Origin: an uncultured Candidatus Saccharibacteria bacterium
GTDB taxonomy: Bacteria; Patescibacteriota; Minisyncoccia; JAHIHE01; JAGLIN01
Assembly (NCBI GenBank): GCA_964503935.1
Contig: CAZDCJ010000002.1
Coordinates: 1 to 49,676 of the forward strand
DNA length: 49,676 nucleotides
Reading direction: 5' to 3'
Shown: positions 35,013 through 43,133 of the stretch, in pieces
Numbering within the stretch: the stretch's first letter is position 1
Layout: each line of letters starts with the position of its first letter
The notes under the pieces: generated by a model
What the model was told of the DNA's origin: nothing
Databases searched by the model: none
What the model saw: only the letters and a program-made list of their open reading frames with translations
Program-made: the position numbers and the translations under genes

Positions 35013-36740
35013 TTACCTTATCGCGTCGGCCACCCTCTGCGGCACTTCCCGGTCGAACGGATCCGGGATGATCTGCTCCGGCGTCGGATTCTCGACGCAA
35101 TCCGCGATCGCCTCGGCCGCACGGACAAGCATCTCATCCGTTATCTGCTTCACTTTGTGGTCGAGCGCGCCACGGAATATTCCCGGAAAAGCCAGCACAT
35201 TATTCACTTGGTTCGGAAAATCGCTCCGGCCGCTCGCCACGATATATGCTCCGGCTTCTTTCGCCTTATCCGGCATGATTTCCGGCACGGGATTTGCCAG
35301 CGCGAAGATGATAGGCTTCTCGTTCATCGTCCTTACCATCTCTCCTTTAAGCACGTCCGGCGCGCTCATCCCGATGAAGATATCCGCTCCTTTCACTGCC
35401 TGCGCGAGATCGCCTGTAATCTTCTCCGGATTAGTAATTTTCGCCATCTCATCTTTGGACGGATTCATGCAATCCCGTCCTTCGCAGACGATTCCCTTGC
35501 TGTCCGCCATGATGATATCTTTGAAGCCATATTTAAGAAGCAGCTTTGCCGTCGCGATTCCCGCCGCGCCCGCGCCGTTTACGATGATTTTCGCATCCTC
35601 TTTCGCCGCCCCGCGGAGCCGGAGCGCGTTGATAAGCCCGGCCAGGACCACGACCGCCGTGCCGTGCTGGTCGTCATGCATAACGGGAATAGAGAGCTCA
35701 GCCTTGAGTCTCTCCTCCACCTCGAAACACCGCGGCGCCGAGATATCCTCGAGATTGATGCCCGCGAAATTGGGCGCGAGCAATTTCACCGTCCGGATGA
35801 TCTCTTCCGTGTCCTGGGTATCGAGACAGACCGGAAACGCGTCCACGCCGCCGAACTTCTTGAAGAGTATCGCCTTGCCTTCCATCACCGGCAGCGCCGC
35901 CTCCGGTCCGAGATTGCCGAGTCCCAAGATCGCGCTCCCGTCGCTTACCACCGCGACCGCGTTGCCGCGAAACGTGAGCTCGAAAGACTTGTCCTTGTCC
36001 GCCGCGATCTCCCGGCACACGCCCGCCACTCCCGGCGAATAAGCCAGGCTGAGTTCTCCCCGGTCGGTCACCGGCACCTTGGAACGGATTTCCAGTTTGC
36101 CTTTATTTTTCCTGTGGAGTTCCACCGACTCCGAATAGATGTCTTGCATATGATTTTCTTTTATCTTCAAATTAATGGATTCGCTGATTTCTTCTAATAT
36201 GTGAACTAATCTTTCTGTTTCTTCTGTATCGAATATGCACATCCTACTATCCATAACTAAAAAATTTGCGATTTCTATAATAGGTAAGCATTGCTCGTAA
36301 ATATACTCATCTTCTATACCCCACCCTACCGGTGAATAATGAATAAACCGATTCCTTAAGCCATCATTCAAGATTCTCATTGCCTCTTTATGTCGTTCTT
36401 CTGCAACAAAGGGCTTACTATCTACATACCCGCCCATACGATCAGGATTCTGTATGCGATTAAAGGCACCCAAAAACTCTATTAATTTGTTTTTTTTATT
36501 AAATACATCTACGCCCCCCCCGCTAGCACGTTTTATAGGCAAACCATCCTTTTCGTTCTCCACCCAAATTCCCTCCCCCGCAGTTCCTACAAGTGCATAT
36601 AACATTAAATGGTAAATAGCATGATGGAACGATAATACAAACCATTTCAGATTTAGGTTACTTTCCGACGGAGTTTCAGAAAGAAACTGCTCCGCTCTCT
36701 CAAGGGAATCAAAAATATTTGTCTTTTCGTCAATCCTCAA
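35013..36740 (-). CDS. NAD(P)-dependent malic enzyme with an in-frame ~197-aa N-terminal extension
   Basis: From M198: MQDIYSESVELHRKNKGKLEIRSKVPV...LSLAYSPGVA...VVSDGSAILGLGNLG is canonical malic enzyme. The extension (TTG start at 36740) is AT-rich and contains LRNRFIHY. Confidence 0.9.
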   Translation of the reverse strand: MRIDEKTNIFDSLERAEQFLSETPSESNLNLKWFVLSFHHAIYHLMLYALVGTAGEGIWVENEKDGLPIKRASGGGVDVFNKKNKLIEFLGAFNRIQNPDRMGGYVDSKPFVAEERHKEAMRILNDGLRNRFIHYSPVGWGIEDEYIYEQCLPIIEIANFLVMDSRMCIFDTEETERLVHILEEISESINLKIKENHMQDIYSESVELHRKNKGKLEIRSKVPVTDRGELSLAYSPGVAGVCREIAADKDKSFELTFRGNAVAVVSDGSAILGLGNLGPEAALPVMEGKAILFKKFGGVDAFPVCLDTQDTEEIIRTVKLLAPNFAGINLEDISAPRCFEVEERLKAELSIPVMHDDQHGTAVVVLAGLINALRLRGAAKEDAKIIVNGAGAAGIATAKLLLKYGFKDIIMADSKGIVCEGRDCMNPSKDEMAKITNPEKITGDLAQAVKGADIFIGMSAPDVLKGEMVRTMNEKPIIFALANPVPEIMPDKAKEAGAYIVASGRSDFPNQVNNVLAFPGIFRGALDHKVKQITDEMLVRAAEAIADCVENPTPEQIIPDPFDREVPQRVADAIR

Positions 36741-36820
36741 ATAAATTCCTATATGATATCTTAGTTTATACCCTTATCCTATCCCCTTTTCCGCTAAAAA
36801 TCAACAAAACTCCCGATTTT

Positions 36821-37025
36821 GTCATTCCGAAATGAGCGACTGAAAGGAGCGATTGAGGAATCCCTTGTCCCCATATCAGTTGTAGATAGGTCATTTGATA
36901 CATTACACAGTTCAAGAGATCCTTGACAGGATGACAAAAGGAGGGCTCGAAAAGATAAAGAGGGTTTCGAGAGTCGAGAAAGCAGTTCCAGCTTGCTCCT
37001 GGATTCTCGTCTTCACGGGAATGAC
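36821..37025. repeat. Composite of MITE-like elements
   Basis: gtcattccga (36821-30), aggatgac (36928-35) and cgggaatgac (37016-25). Confidence 0.55.
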
Positions 37026-37217
37026 AACCGTTCATTTATTCCTCCTCAGGAGGAACTTGCCTCGCCGAAGTCCCGGCGAAGTCGGGTGGTCTGAAAGGCC
37101 GGTGTGTTGGATTTGGAGTAGCAGACTTTAGTCTGCGCGCATTTGCATTTATTTAGCGCGAAATAAATTCCGCTATTCCAAGATACGATGCCAGATAACT
37201 TTTCCTGCCCTATACAA

Positions 37218-37241
37218 AAAGGCGCGGTAAACCGCGCCTTT
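37218..37241 (-). terminator. Intrinsic terminator of the ABC-F gene
   Basis: Minus strand aaaggcgcgg-ttta-ccgcgccttt followed by TTGTAT. Confidence 0.7.
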
Positions 37242-37252
37242 CTCTTATCAAT

Positions 37253-38707
37253 CTATAGCTTCTCCAGATCCAGCACTTCGTCGAACTTTATCTCATCGGT
37301 GAATTCCTGCATATGGCTCACCACTATCATCGCCCCTTCATAGGCATTGAGCGCCTCGGCGATGACCGGGATATGGCGGAAATTGATGTGATTGGTCGGT
37401 TCATCCATTATGAGAAGCCCCGGCTTCATGAGAACCAGCCGCGCGAAAGAGAGGAGTCCCTTCTGTCCGTCAGAGAGATAAGAGATGTCATGCGCCATGA
37501 GATTTCCCGTGATCAGGAATCCTGCCGCGACCGACCGCATATACTGCTCGTCATTTCCGCTTCCCATCGCTTCTTTCAAGCAGTCGAACACATTCTGATC
37601 GTAATCGAGCGTCGAGAAATCCTGCGAATAATATCCGACTTTCGCCCCTTCGGCGATCCGAGCGCCTTCTCCTTCGCCACTCACGAGCGACCGAAGAAAC
37701 GTACTCTTACCCATCCCGTTGGGACCCGTCACGAGAAGCCTGGATGTCTTATGCAGCACCTTTCCTACCGGCTTATCTTCCGCGGCTCCGACGCGCACCA
37801 CTTTCACCGAATCGATAGTCACGAGATCGCCGCCGATATCTTCCTGTGCAGGAATCGTGAATCTGCGGATAGTCTTATCCTCGCGCCGGACCTCCACCAT
37901 ATTCTCTTCCAATTCCGCTGTCTCTTCCTTCAGTTTGGAAGCGAGCTTGCGCATCTTGCCTCCTTTGTGCGCGAAGAAATTCACTTTCTCTTTGCGGTCC
38001 TGGATCTGCTTCTCGAGCTGCGCGTTCTTCTTCTGCTCCTTCTCGATCCGCGCGTTGATCTCCTCGACCACAGTAAAATAATCCCCGACATATGTCTCGA
38101 CCTTCTTGGTGAAGCTGTCAAGATAGAGTACGCCTTCCGTGAAGCAGTTGAGGAATCCCGCATCGTGCGAGATCACGATGAGCGTCTTGTCGTAGCCCAT
38201 GAGAAAACTCACGAGATGGTCTATCCCCTTGTCGTCGAGATTGTTGGTCGGCTCATCGAGCAGCAGGATATCCGGATTCTGAATGAGCGCGAACGCGAGC
38301 CGGAGCCGCGCCTGCTGTCCGCCGGAGAGTCCGCCCACTTTCTGGTCCGGCGAGACTTCCAGATTGACCACGCGCAGCACCTTGCTCGCAAGAGTCAGGA
38401 GGTTGGGCTGTACTGCCGCAAAAGCCCTGGCGAAATATTCCGCCACTGTGAGCTCTATTTCTTCCCGCGCCATGGACTGCGGCGCTGCGGCGATAGACAA
38501 ATCTTTATTGATCGAGATGAGGCCCTTGGTCGCCTGAAGCTCTCCGCGGATAAGCTTGAAGATGGTACTCTTTCCCGCCCCGTTCTGCCCCATCAGCGTG
38601 ATCTTTGCCCCTTTATGCACGCAAAAACTCGCCTCCGCAAGGAGCGGCTTCTTGTGCACATACTCGAATGTCACTTCATCAAACCGGATAATTACTTCCT
38701 CTGCCAT
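37253..38707 (-). CDS. ABC-F family ATPase (two ABC cassettes, no TM domain)
   Basis: Two Walker A motifs (GQNGAGKST, GPNGMGKST) and two signature motifs (LSGGQQARL, LSDGQKGLL). Confidence 0.9.
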   Translation of the reverse strand: MAEEVIIRFDEVTFEYVHKKPLLAEASFCVHKGAKITLMGQNGAGKSTIFKLIRGELQATKGLISINKDLSIAAAPQSMAREEIELTVAEYFARAFAAVQPNLLTLASKVLRVVNLEVSPDQKVGGLSGGQQARLRLAFALIQNPDILLLDEPTNNLDDKGIDHLVSFLMGYDKTLIVISHDAGFLNCFTEGVLYLDSFTKKVETYVGDYFTVVEEINARIEKEQKKNAQLEKQIQDRKEKVNFFAHKGGKMRKLASKLKEETAELEENMVEVRREDKTIRRFTIPAQEDIGGDLVTIDSVKVVRVGAAEDKPVGKVLHKTSRLLVTGPNGMGKSTFLRSLVSGEGEGARIAEGAKVGYYSQDFSTLDYDQNVFDCLKEAMGSGNDEQYMRSVAAGFLITGNLMAHDISYLSDGQKGLLSFARLVLMKPGLLIMDEPTNHINFRHIPVIAEALNAYEGAMIVVSHMQEFTDEIKFDEVLDLEKL

Positions 38708-38782
38708 GATATTGTCATAAACTAAAAAAAACAGCTCTTATCTTCATGAGTCGTATGGAAGATATGCTTCCTTTGTATATTG

Positions 38783-38811
38783 ATGATAACGCAATTTGCC
38801 GGCAAAGTCAA
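38783..38811 (-). promoter_or_regulatory. Sigma70-like promoter for the ABC-F gene
   Basis: Minus strand TTGACT-17 nt-TATCAT. Confidence 0.55.
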
Positions 38812-38975
38812 TAAAAATCCGGCAAAATAAAAAGCCTACTTGGTATAATCACCGTTCGGCATTTTCTTCGCGTCATTTATCATTCGAGATTCGCAGTATC
38901 AAGAGTCTTCTTAGCTTTTTCCTTAAGGAAAAAGCGGCCCTCAACCCGATCGTGTCTTTCCCCTTTTATCCGTTC

Positions 38976-39779
38976 TCAGATTATTATCCCCAAAAATGGA
39001 TCTTTTTCCACCTTTTTTATCCTCTTTATAGCAGCGTAGAAATCATTTCTCCTGAATTTATCCCTGTCCCACTTGGTGGTAATCTGTTTCAGGCCCAAAT
39101 CATAGAGTTCCTCTGCCTCATGATTGCGTATCTCCGGATCATGATTGAGTAGTCCTCTTATGGCGATAAATAAGACATTGGGGTATATCTTCGCTCCATT
39201 CTTATGCATATCGACGATTTCTTTCCATTGATCGCACGCAAAATGGGCTGCAGTCTTTTTTTCCTTGCCTGATTCTTCAAACCATCCCATTCTCAGATAT
39301 TCATTCCCGAGCTTGAGGAGAAGTATCGATCTTTCTACAGGTTCTCCTGCCTTTTTCGTCCGCTCGAGAGTCCGATAAAGTTCAATGCCTTGTTCCAGTT
39401 TGTTGAATATTCTGAGGACCATCAGACCCTGATCCGACAAATAGCTGCCTGAAAGGTCTTCTTTCTCCCTTTCCTTCAAAAATTTGCTGGCATCAAAAAG
39501 GATCCTCGTAGCGAAATCCTTCCGGCTCGGAACCAGTTCCGGCACCGCCATGAGAGCTTTTTCCATCCACGTCCGACTTGCCTTATAATAATTCACCTTG
39601 GTCTCCATATCTTCTTGCGCCTCTCCCAGCTGATAGTTGCACCAGCCGGCGACAGCGCAGAAGCCGGAAACGAAGTCATAGTTCCTCTTCTTTTCATATT
39701 TCTTCGTGTATTCCTCAGTCTCTTTCAGCAGCCCCGCGAGATCGGCGATTTTCATAAGAGCTGAGAGACTTGCATACAT
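38976..39779 (-). CDS. Hypothetical helical protein (267 aa)
   Basis: ORF in an AT-rich block. The frame stays open upstream of the first ATG. Confidence 0.55.
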   Translation of the reverse strand: MYASLSALMKIADLAGLLKETEEYTKKYEKKRNYDFVSGFCAVAGWCNYQLGEAQEDMETKVNYYKASRTWMEKALMAVPELVPSRKDFATRILFDASKFLKEREKEDLSGSYLSDQGLMVLRIFNKLEQGIELYRTLERTKKAGEPVERSILLLKLGNEYLRMGWFEESGKEKKTAAHFACDQWKEIVDMHKNGAKIYPNVLFIAIRGLLNHDPEIRNHEAEELYDLGLKQITTKWDRDKFRRNDFYAAIKRIKKVEKDPFLGIII

Positions 39780-39944
39780 CTCATATTCTTCATGACCGCC
39801 CCCGTCTTTTAGGAAATCTAGCAGGATAATCCCACCTCCATGGTTTTCGCTCGCTTTTATTTTTATGCTGTTTTATCGAGCCTTCGGATCCCGCAATCTT
39901 TACGAAATCCGAAGGCTCGACATGATCTTTTTAAGGAACCCTAC

Positions 39945-39973
39945 GTGATATTAATAAATCCGGATATTGTCAA
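39945..39973 (-). promoter_or_regulatory. Sigma70-like promoter
   Basis: Minus strand TTGACA-17 nt-TATCAC, followed by GTAGGGTT. Confidence 0.5.
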
Positions 39974-39980
39974 TTTTTGA

Positions 39981-40022
39981 GAAAGAAAAAGCGCCGATCA
40001 TCATTTTTGACTGATCGGACGC
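39981..40022 (-). terminator. Intrinsic terminator of 40044..41021
   Basis: Minus strand gcgtccgatca-loop-tgatcggcgc followed by TTTTTCTTTC. Confidence 0.6.
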
Positions 40023-40043
40023 TTTCTGGGTTTTCCCCATTTT

Positions 40044-41021
40044 TTATCTTACGACCGCCTGACCGCTATTATCCCGCCCCTGGCTCTCGATTTCGAAGCC
40101 CGTTATTCGTTCTGGGTTTTCCGATTTCAAGGGAATATTTATAGTTACTGAATCATTCCCTTGGATGTTTGCGCTATAGGATCTGATCTCCGCATGTCCG
40201 GTCTTGGTGAGCTTGCTGATGACTACGCGCGTAGCATTCTCGTTCCCGACGCCATGGCATGTGACATTCACCGAGGGCCATCTCTTACCCAAAGACTCAT
40301 CTACCTTGTAGATGATGCTATCTATCTGGATATATGGAGACGAATTGAGACCGGTATCATCGCGGATGAGACGTATCTCTTTGATACCCGTAAACTCGCG
40401 AGATATCCACGGCTTCTCGACCTTGCAGTAGCCGACCTCGACAGGCGCCACGCCTACCGGCAGCAGCACTCCTCCGAGTCCGTCTACCAACATCCTCTCG
40501 CCTGGTTCCAGAAGCTGATATGCCGGTTTTGGATAAACATAAGCCGGACCGAACGCCTCATGGACTTCCACGTACGCCGTGATATTCGTTTCCACTAGCG
40601 CCTTCATCAGATACCCCGTACCGTTTTCCGTGATACGATCATCGCGGATGAAGTTCATTGCGAGAACTTGTACATCTTCCGAAGTCCGAGAGAGATTCCC
40701 CGGCACGCTCACATTATCGGCAAAGCCTTCTCCATAGGCGATCCTATAGACATTGGAGTTTGTCGGTACGCAGCCTTCGCTCTGATTGGCATACAAAATT
40801 TTTTCTTTTGCTTTGAGCTCGATATCCCACTCAAATTCCTCTTGCCGCAGCTCTTCCTGCAGAGCCTGCCGCTGGGGAGAAGTAAATATCGTGGTGTTCT
40901 GAGCTACATCCTGGAGAGTAGAATTGTTTCCGTAAATTCCTTCCATCTCAGCGCCTGCGCATCCTACGAATGCGCATATCATCAATGCTGCTGCCATCAT
41001 GGATGCCAGTAGCGCTTTCAC
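40044..41021 (-). CDS. Hypothetical lipoprotein (325 aa)
   Basis: Signal peptide with a lipobox-like sequence, MICAFVGCAG. Confidence 0.6.
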   Translation of the reverse strand: MKALLASMMAAALMICAFVGCAGAEMEGIYGNNSTLQDVAQNTTIFTSPQRQALQEELRQEEFEWDIELKAKEKILYANQSEGCVPTNSNVYRIAYGEGFADNVSVPGNLSRTSEDVQVLAMNFIRDDRITENGTGYLMKALVETNITAYVEVHEAFGPAYVYPKPAYQLLEPGERMLVDGLGGVLLPVGVAPVEVGYCKVEKPWISREFTGIKEIRLIRDDTGLNSSPYIQIDSIIYKVDESLGKRWPSVNVTCHGVGNENATRVVISKLTKTGHAEIRSYSANIQGNDSVTINIPLKSENPERITGFEIESQGRDNSGQAVVR

Positions 41022-41083
41022 TCCCTAGATATTTCCCATATCAGTATTCCCCTCTTTTTATTTAAGACCATTTTTGTAACCCT

Positions 41084-41112
41084 ACGATATCATGAATTTG
41101 CCTGATTGTCAA
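41084..41112 (-). promoter_or_regulatory. Sigma70-like promoter
   Basis: Minus strand TTGACA-17 nt-TATCGT, followed by AGGGTT. Confidence 0.5.
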
Positions 41113-41139
41113 CAAATCTATTCCCCGATTCCGCCCGGA

Positions 41140-41168
41140 TTGACCTTTCCTGTATCTACTGGTATATT
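41140..41168 (+). promoter_or_regulatory. Divergent sigma70-like promoter for the 41225 gene
   Basis: TTGACC-17 nt-TATATT. Confidence 0.5.
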
Positions 41169-41224
41169 AAATAAATCAATTTGGTGTTTCTTTTTTTTCC
41201 TGAATTGAAAAAATAAAAAGAGGA

Positions 41225-41686
41225 ATGAAGATGAAACCGGATTACAGCATACTGCCGTCTGACACAACAAAAGAAGACAGCGGCTTCCTCAGGCAATTGG
41301 GGGAAAGTCAGAAGAAAGAAAATCGCGTCCTGGCAAGATTCGTCAATAGAAGGATAAACGAGATGGACACAGGCGCAGAAGAAAAAGACAGATTGAAGAA
41401 TATGGCATTCTTAGGACTCTCGGTCTTGGGCGCAGAAGATAGACGGGATCCTACCCATGTAAGAGTTACGAAAAGGAGCATCAAGAAAGCCGTAAATCAT
41501 CCGGATCTGAATGAAAATTATCTCATCGGCATGCTTCGCAGGGCGCTATCGGCAGTCATGGAATACAATTGCTACCTGAATAGCAGATGCGAGACGGCGA
41601 TAGAATCTTCCTGGATCCTGGAAGAGATCAAGATATTCTTTACGGCATACCTCTGGGAAATAAAGAAATCCGGGGTAAGGACCTGA
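41225..41686 (+). CDS. Hypothetical protein (153 aa)
   Basis: ORF with SD aagagga upstream. Confidence 0.5.
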   Translation: MKMKPDYSILPSDTTKEDSGFLRQLGESQKKENRVLARFVNRRINEMDTGAEEKDRLKNMAFLGLSVLGAEDRRDPTHVRVTKRSIKKAVNHPDLNENYLIGMLRRALSAVMEYNCYLNSRCETAIESSWILEEIKIFFTAYLWEIKKSGVRT

Positions 41687-41842
41687 CTTTCGCTTCTTAA
41701 AATAGCAGAAAAGCAATCCCTCTGCTATCTTTTTTTGCCTTTTCTTGCCAGAGCCCGTCCGGAATACCGGCACCGCCGACGCATATGAAAAGCTCCGACC
41801 TCATCGGAGCTTCCCTGATATCAAAAGGAGGGTATCTTGAGT

Positions 41843-43021
41843 TTATCGTCCGCTTTTCTTGTCTCCAGAAGCGTTTATCTCCTTTTCTACGGTATCCTTT
41901 ATCTTGTCCGTATTGACGGGATTCGTAGCTTCGATCTCTTCTATATCCTCGCCCGCGCCAGTCTGCTGTAGGGACTGGCTTTCTATCCTTTCCCGATTCT
42001 CTGTCCTCTCTTGGTTGCCTATGCCACTCCCGCTTTCAACTCTTTCTTGGTTCTCCACCCTTTCCTGCGCCCTTTCTTGGATCTTCTCTATGATTTCCAA
42101 CTTCTTCTGCGCCGATTCATCTCCCGCGGCTGCCTGTTCCTCGAGCTGGGTCTTTATCTCCTTGACGCTTTCCGTCCTTACCTGGATCTGGGTCTGCCTT
42201 TCCTCCCTGAGCGCCTCAAGGTCTTCCGCCGCGCCTTCTACTCCGCTCCTCATCTGCTCTTGGAGAGCCTGGCGCTGCTCATTATATCCTTTGACCTCTT
42301 CCAAATGCTCCTCGATGCGCGCTTTCACTTCCTCCAGATGTGCCTTGGTCTCTTCTGAGATATTCTCATTCGAAATGGCATTCAAGAGGCGCTGACTCGA
42401 TTCGGATCTCTTTTCCCGGAGCTCGCGGAGAGCCTCCGCCTTATCCTCAGGGAGCTTCTTTTCCAATTCATCCAGGATCACGTCAGTATTGCTCTGGTGA
42501 GTGGCGATATCCGCCACCAGGCCATCTATCTCCTCCCGACTCTTGTTCTTGCTCCATTTATCTTTCTTCGCCTCGACTTTCTCCATGAATCTCTCTGCCT
42601 TCTCGATCATCCTCTGTGCCTTTTCCTGCGCTTTCTCGTCATCCGGAGCCTGCTCGGCGATCATCTTAGCGATCCGCATCCGCTCTTCCGCGAACTTGAG
42701 GGCCTTCTCTGCTTTGCTCATCTCATCCCAGGTAAGAGCAAGAGACAATGTCTCACGGACACTTCTCCACCAGAGGCCGAAATTCGAGGGAACTTTGGTG
42801 ATTTCTTCGACTTCCACCCCCTCCAAGTCTTCAACTTCTTCGACGTTCTCATCTTCATCATCCGTTTCCGTAGCCATAAGGACAGCGTCTGTCACTTCTT
42901 CGTCCGTAACTGCCGTACTTGCAGCCGTCGGATCGGTCGTCGTACCTATCTCTTCTTCCGCCCATGCCGGAAGCGCTGGAATCGCCAGTGCGATTGCCAT
43001 GAACACCGCTAAGATCTTCAT
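41843..43021 (-). CDS. Secreted Glu-rich coiled-coil protein (DUF5667-like N-terminal region?)
   Basis: Signal peptide MKILAVFMAIALAIPALPAWA. Long heptad-like acidic region. C-terminal ERVENQERVES/ERTENRERIES repeats. Confidence 0.6.
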   Translation of the reverse strand: MKILAVFMAIALAIPALPAWAEEEIGTTTDPTAASTAVTDEEVTDAVLMATETDDEDENVEEVEDLEGVEVEEITKVPSNFGLWWRSVRETLSLALTWDEMSKAEKALKFAEERMRIAKMIAEQAPDDEKAQEKAQRMIEKAERFMEKVEAKKDKWSKNKSREEIDGLVADIATHQSNTDVILDELEKKLPEDKAEALRELREKRSESSQRLLNAISNENISEETKAHLEEVKARIEEHLEEVKGYNEQRQALQEQMRSGVEGAAEDLEALREERQTQIQVRTESVKEIKTQLEEQAAAGDESAQKKLEIIEKIQERAQERVENQERVESGSGIGNQERTENRERIESQSLQQTGAGEDIEEIEATNPVNTDKIKDTVEKEINASGDKKSGR

Positions 43022-43133
43022 ACTCTGTTTAGATTAAGGATTAATCCGATACCCTCCGCTTCATCTCCATTATACGACTAATCCTATGAATTTACAAAAC
43101 CTCTGCGATTCTGGATTTCCTCAGCCCGAACGA

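Noticed and set aside
35068-36197. Plus-strand ORFs of 324 aa and 346 aa
   Set aside because: They are antisense to malic enzyme, which has unambiguous motifs.
37313-38725. 470-aa plus-strand ORF
   Set aside because: It is antisense to the ABC-F gene, which has Walker A and signature motifs on the minus strand.
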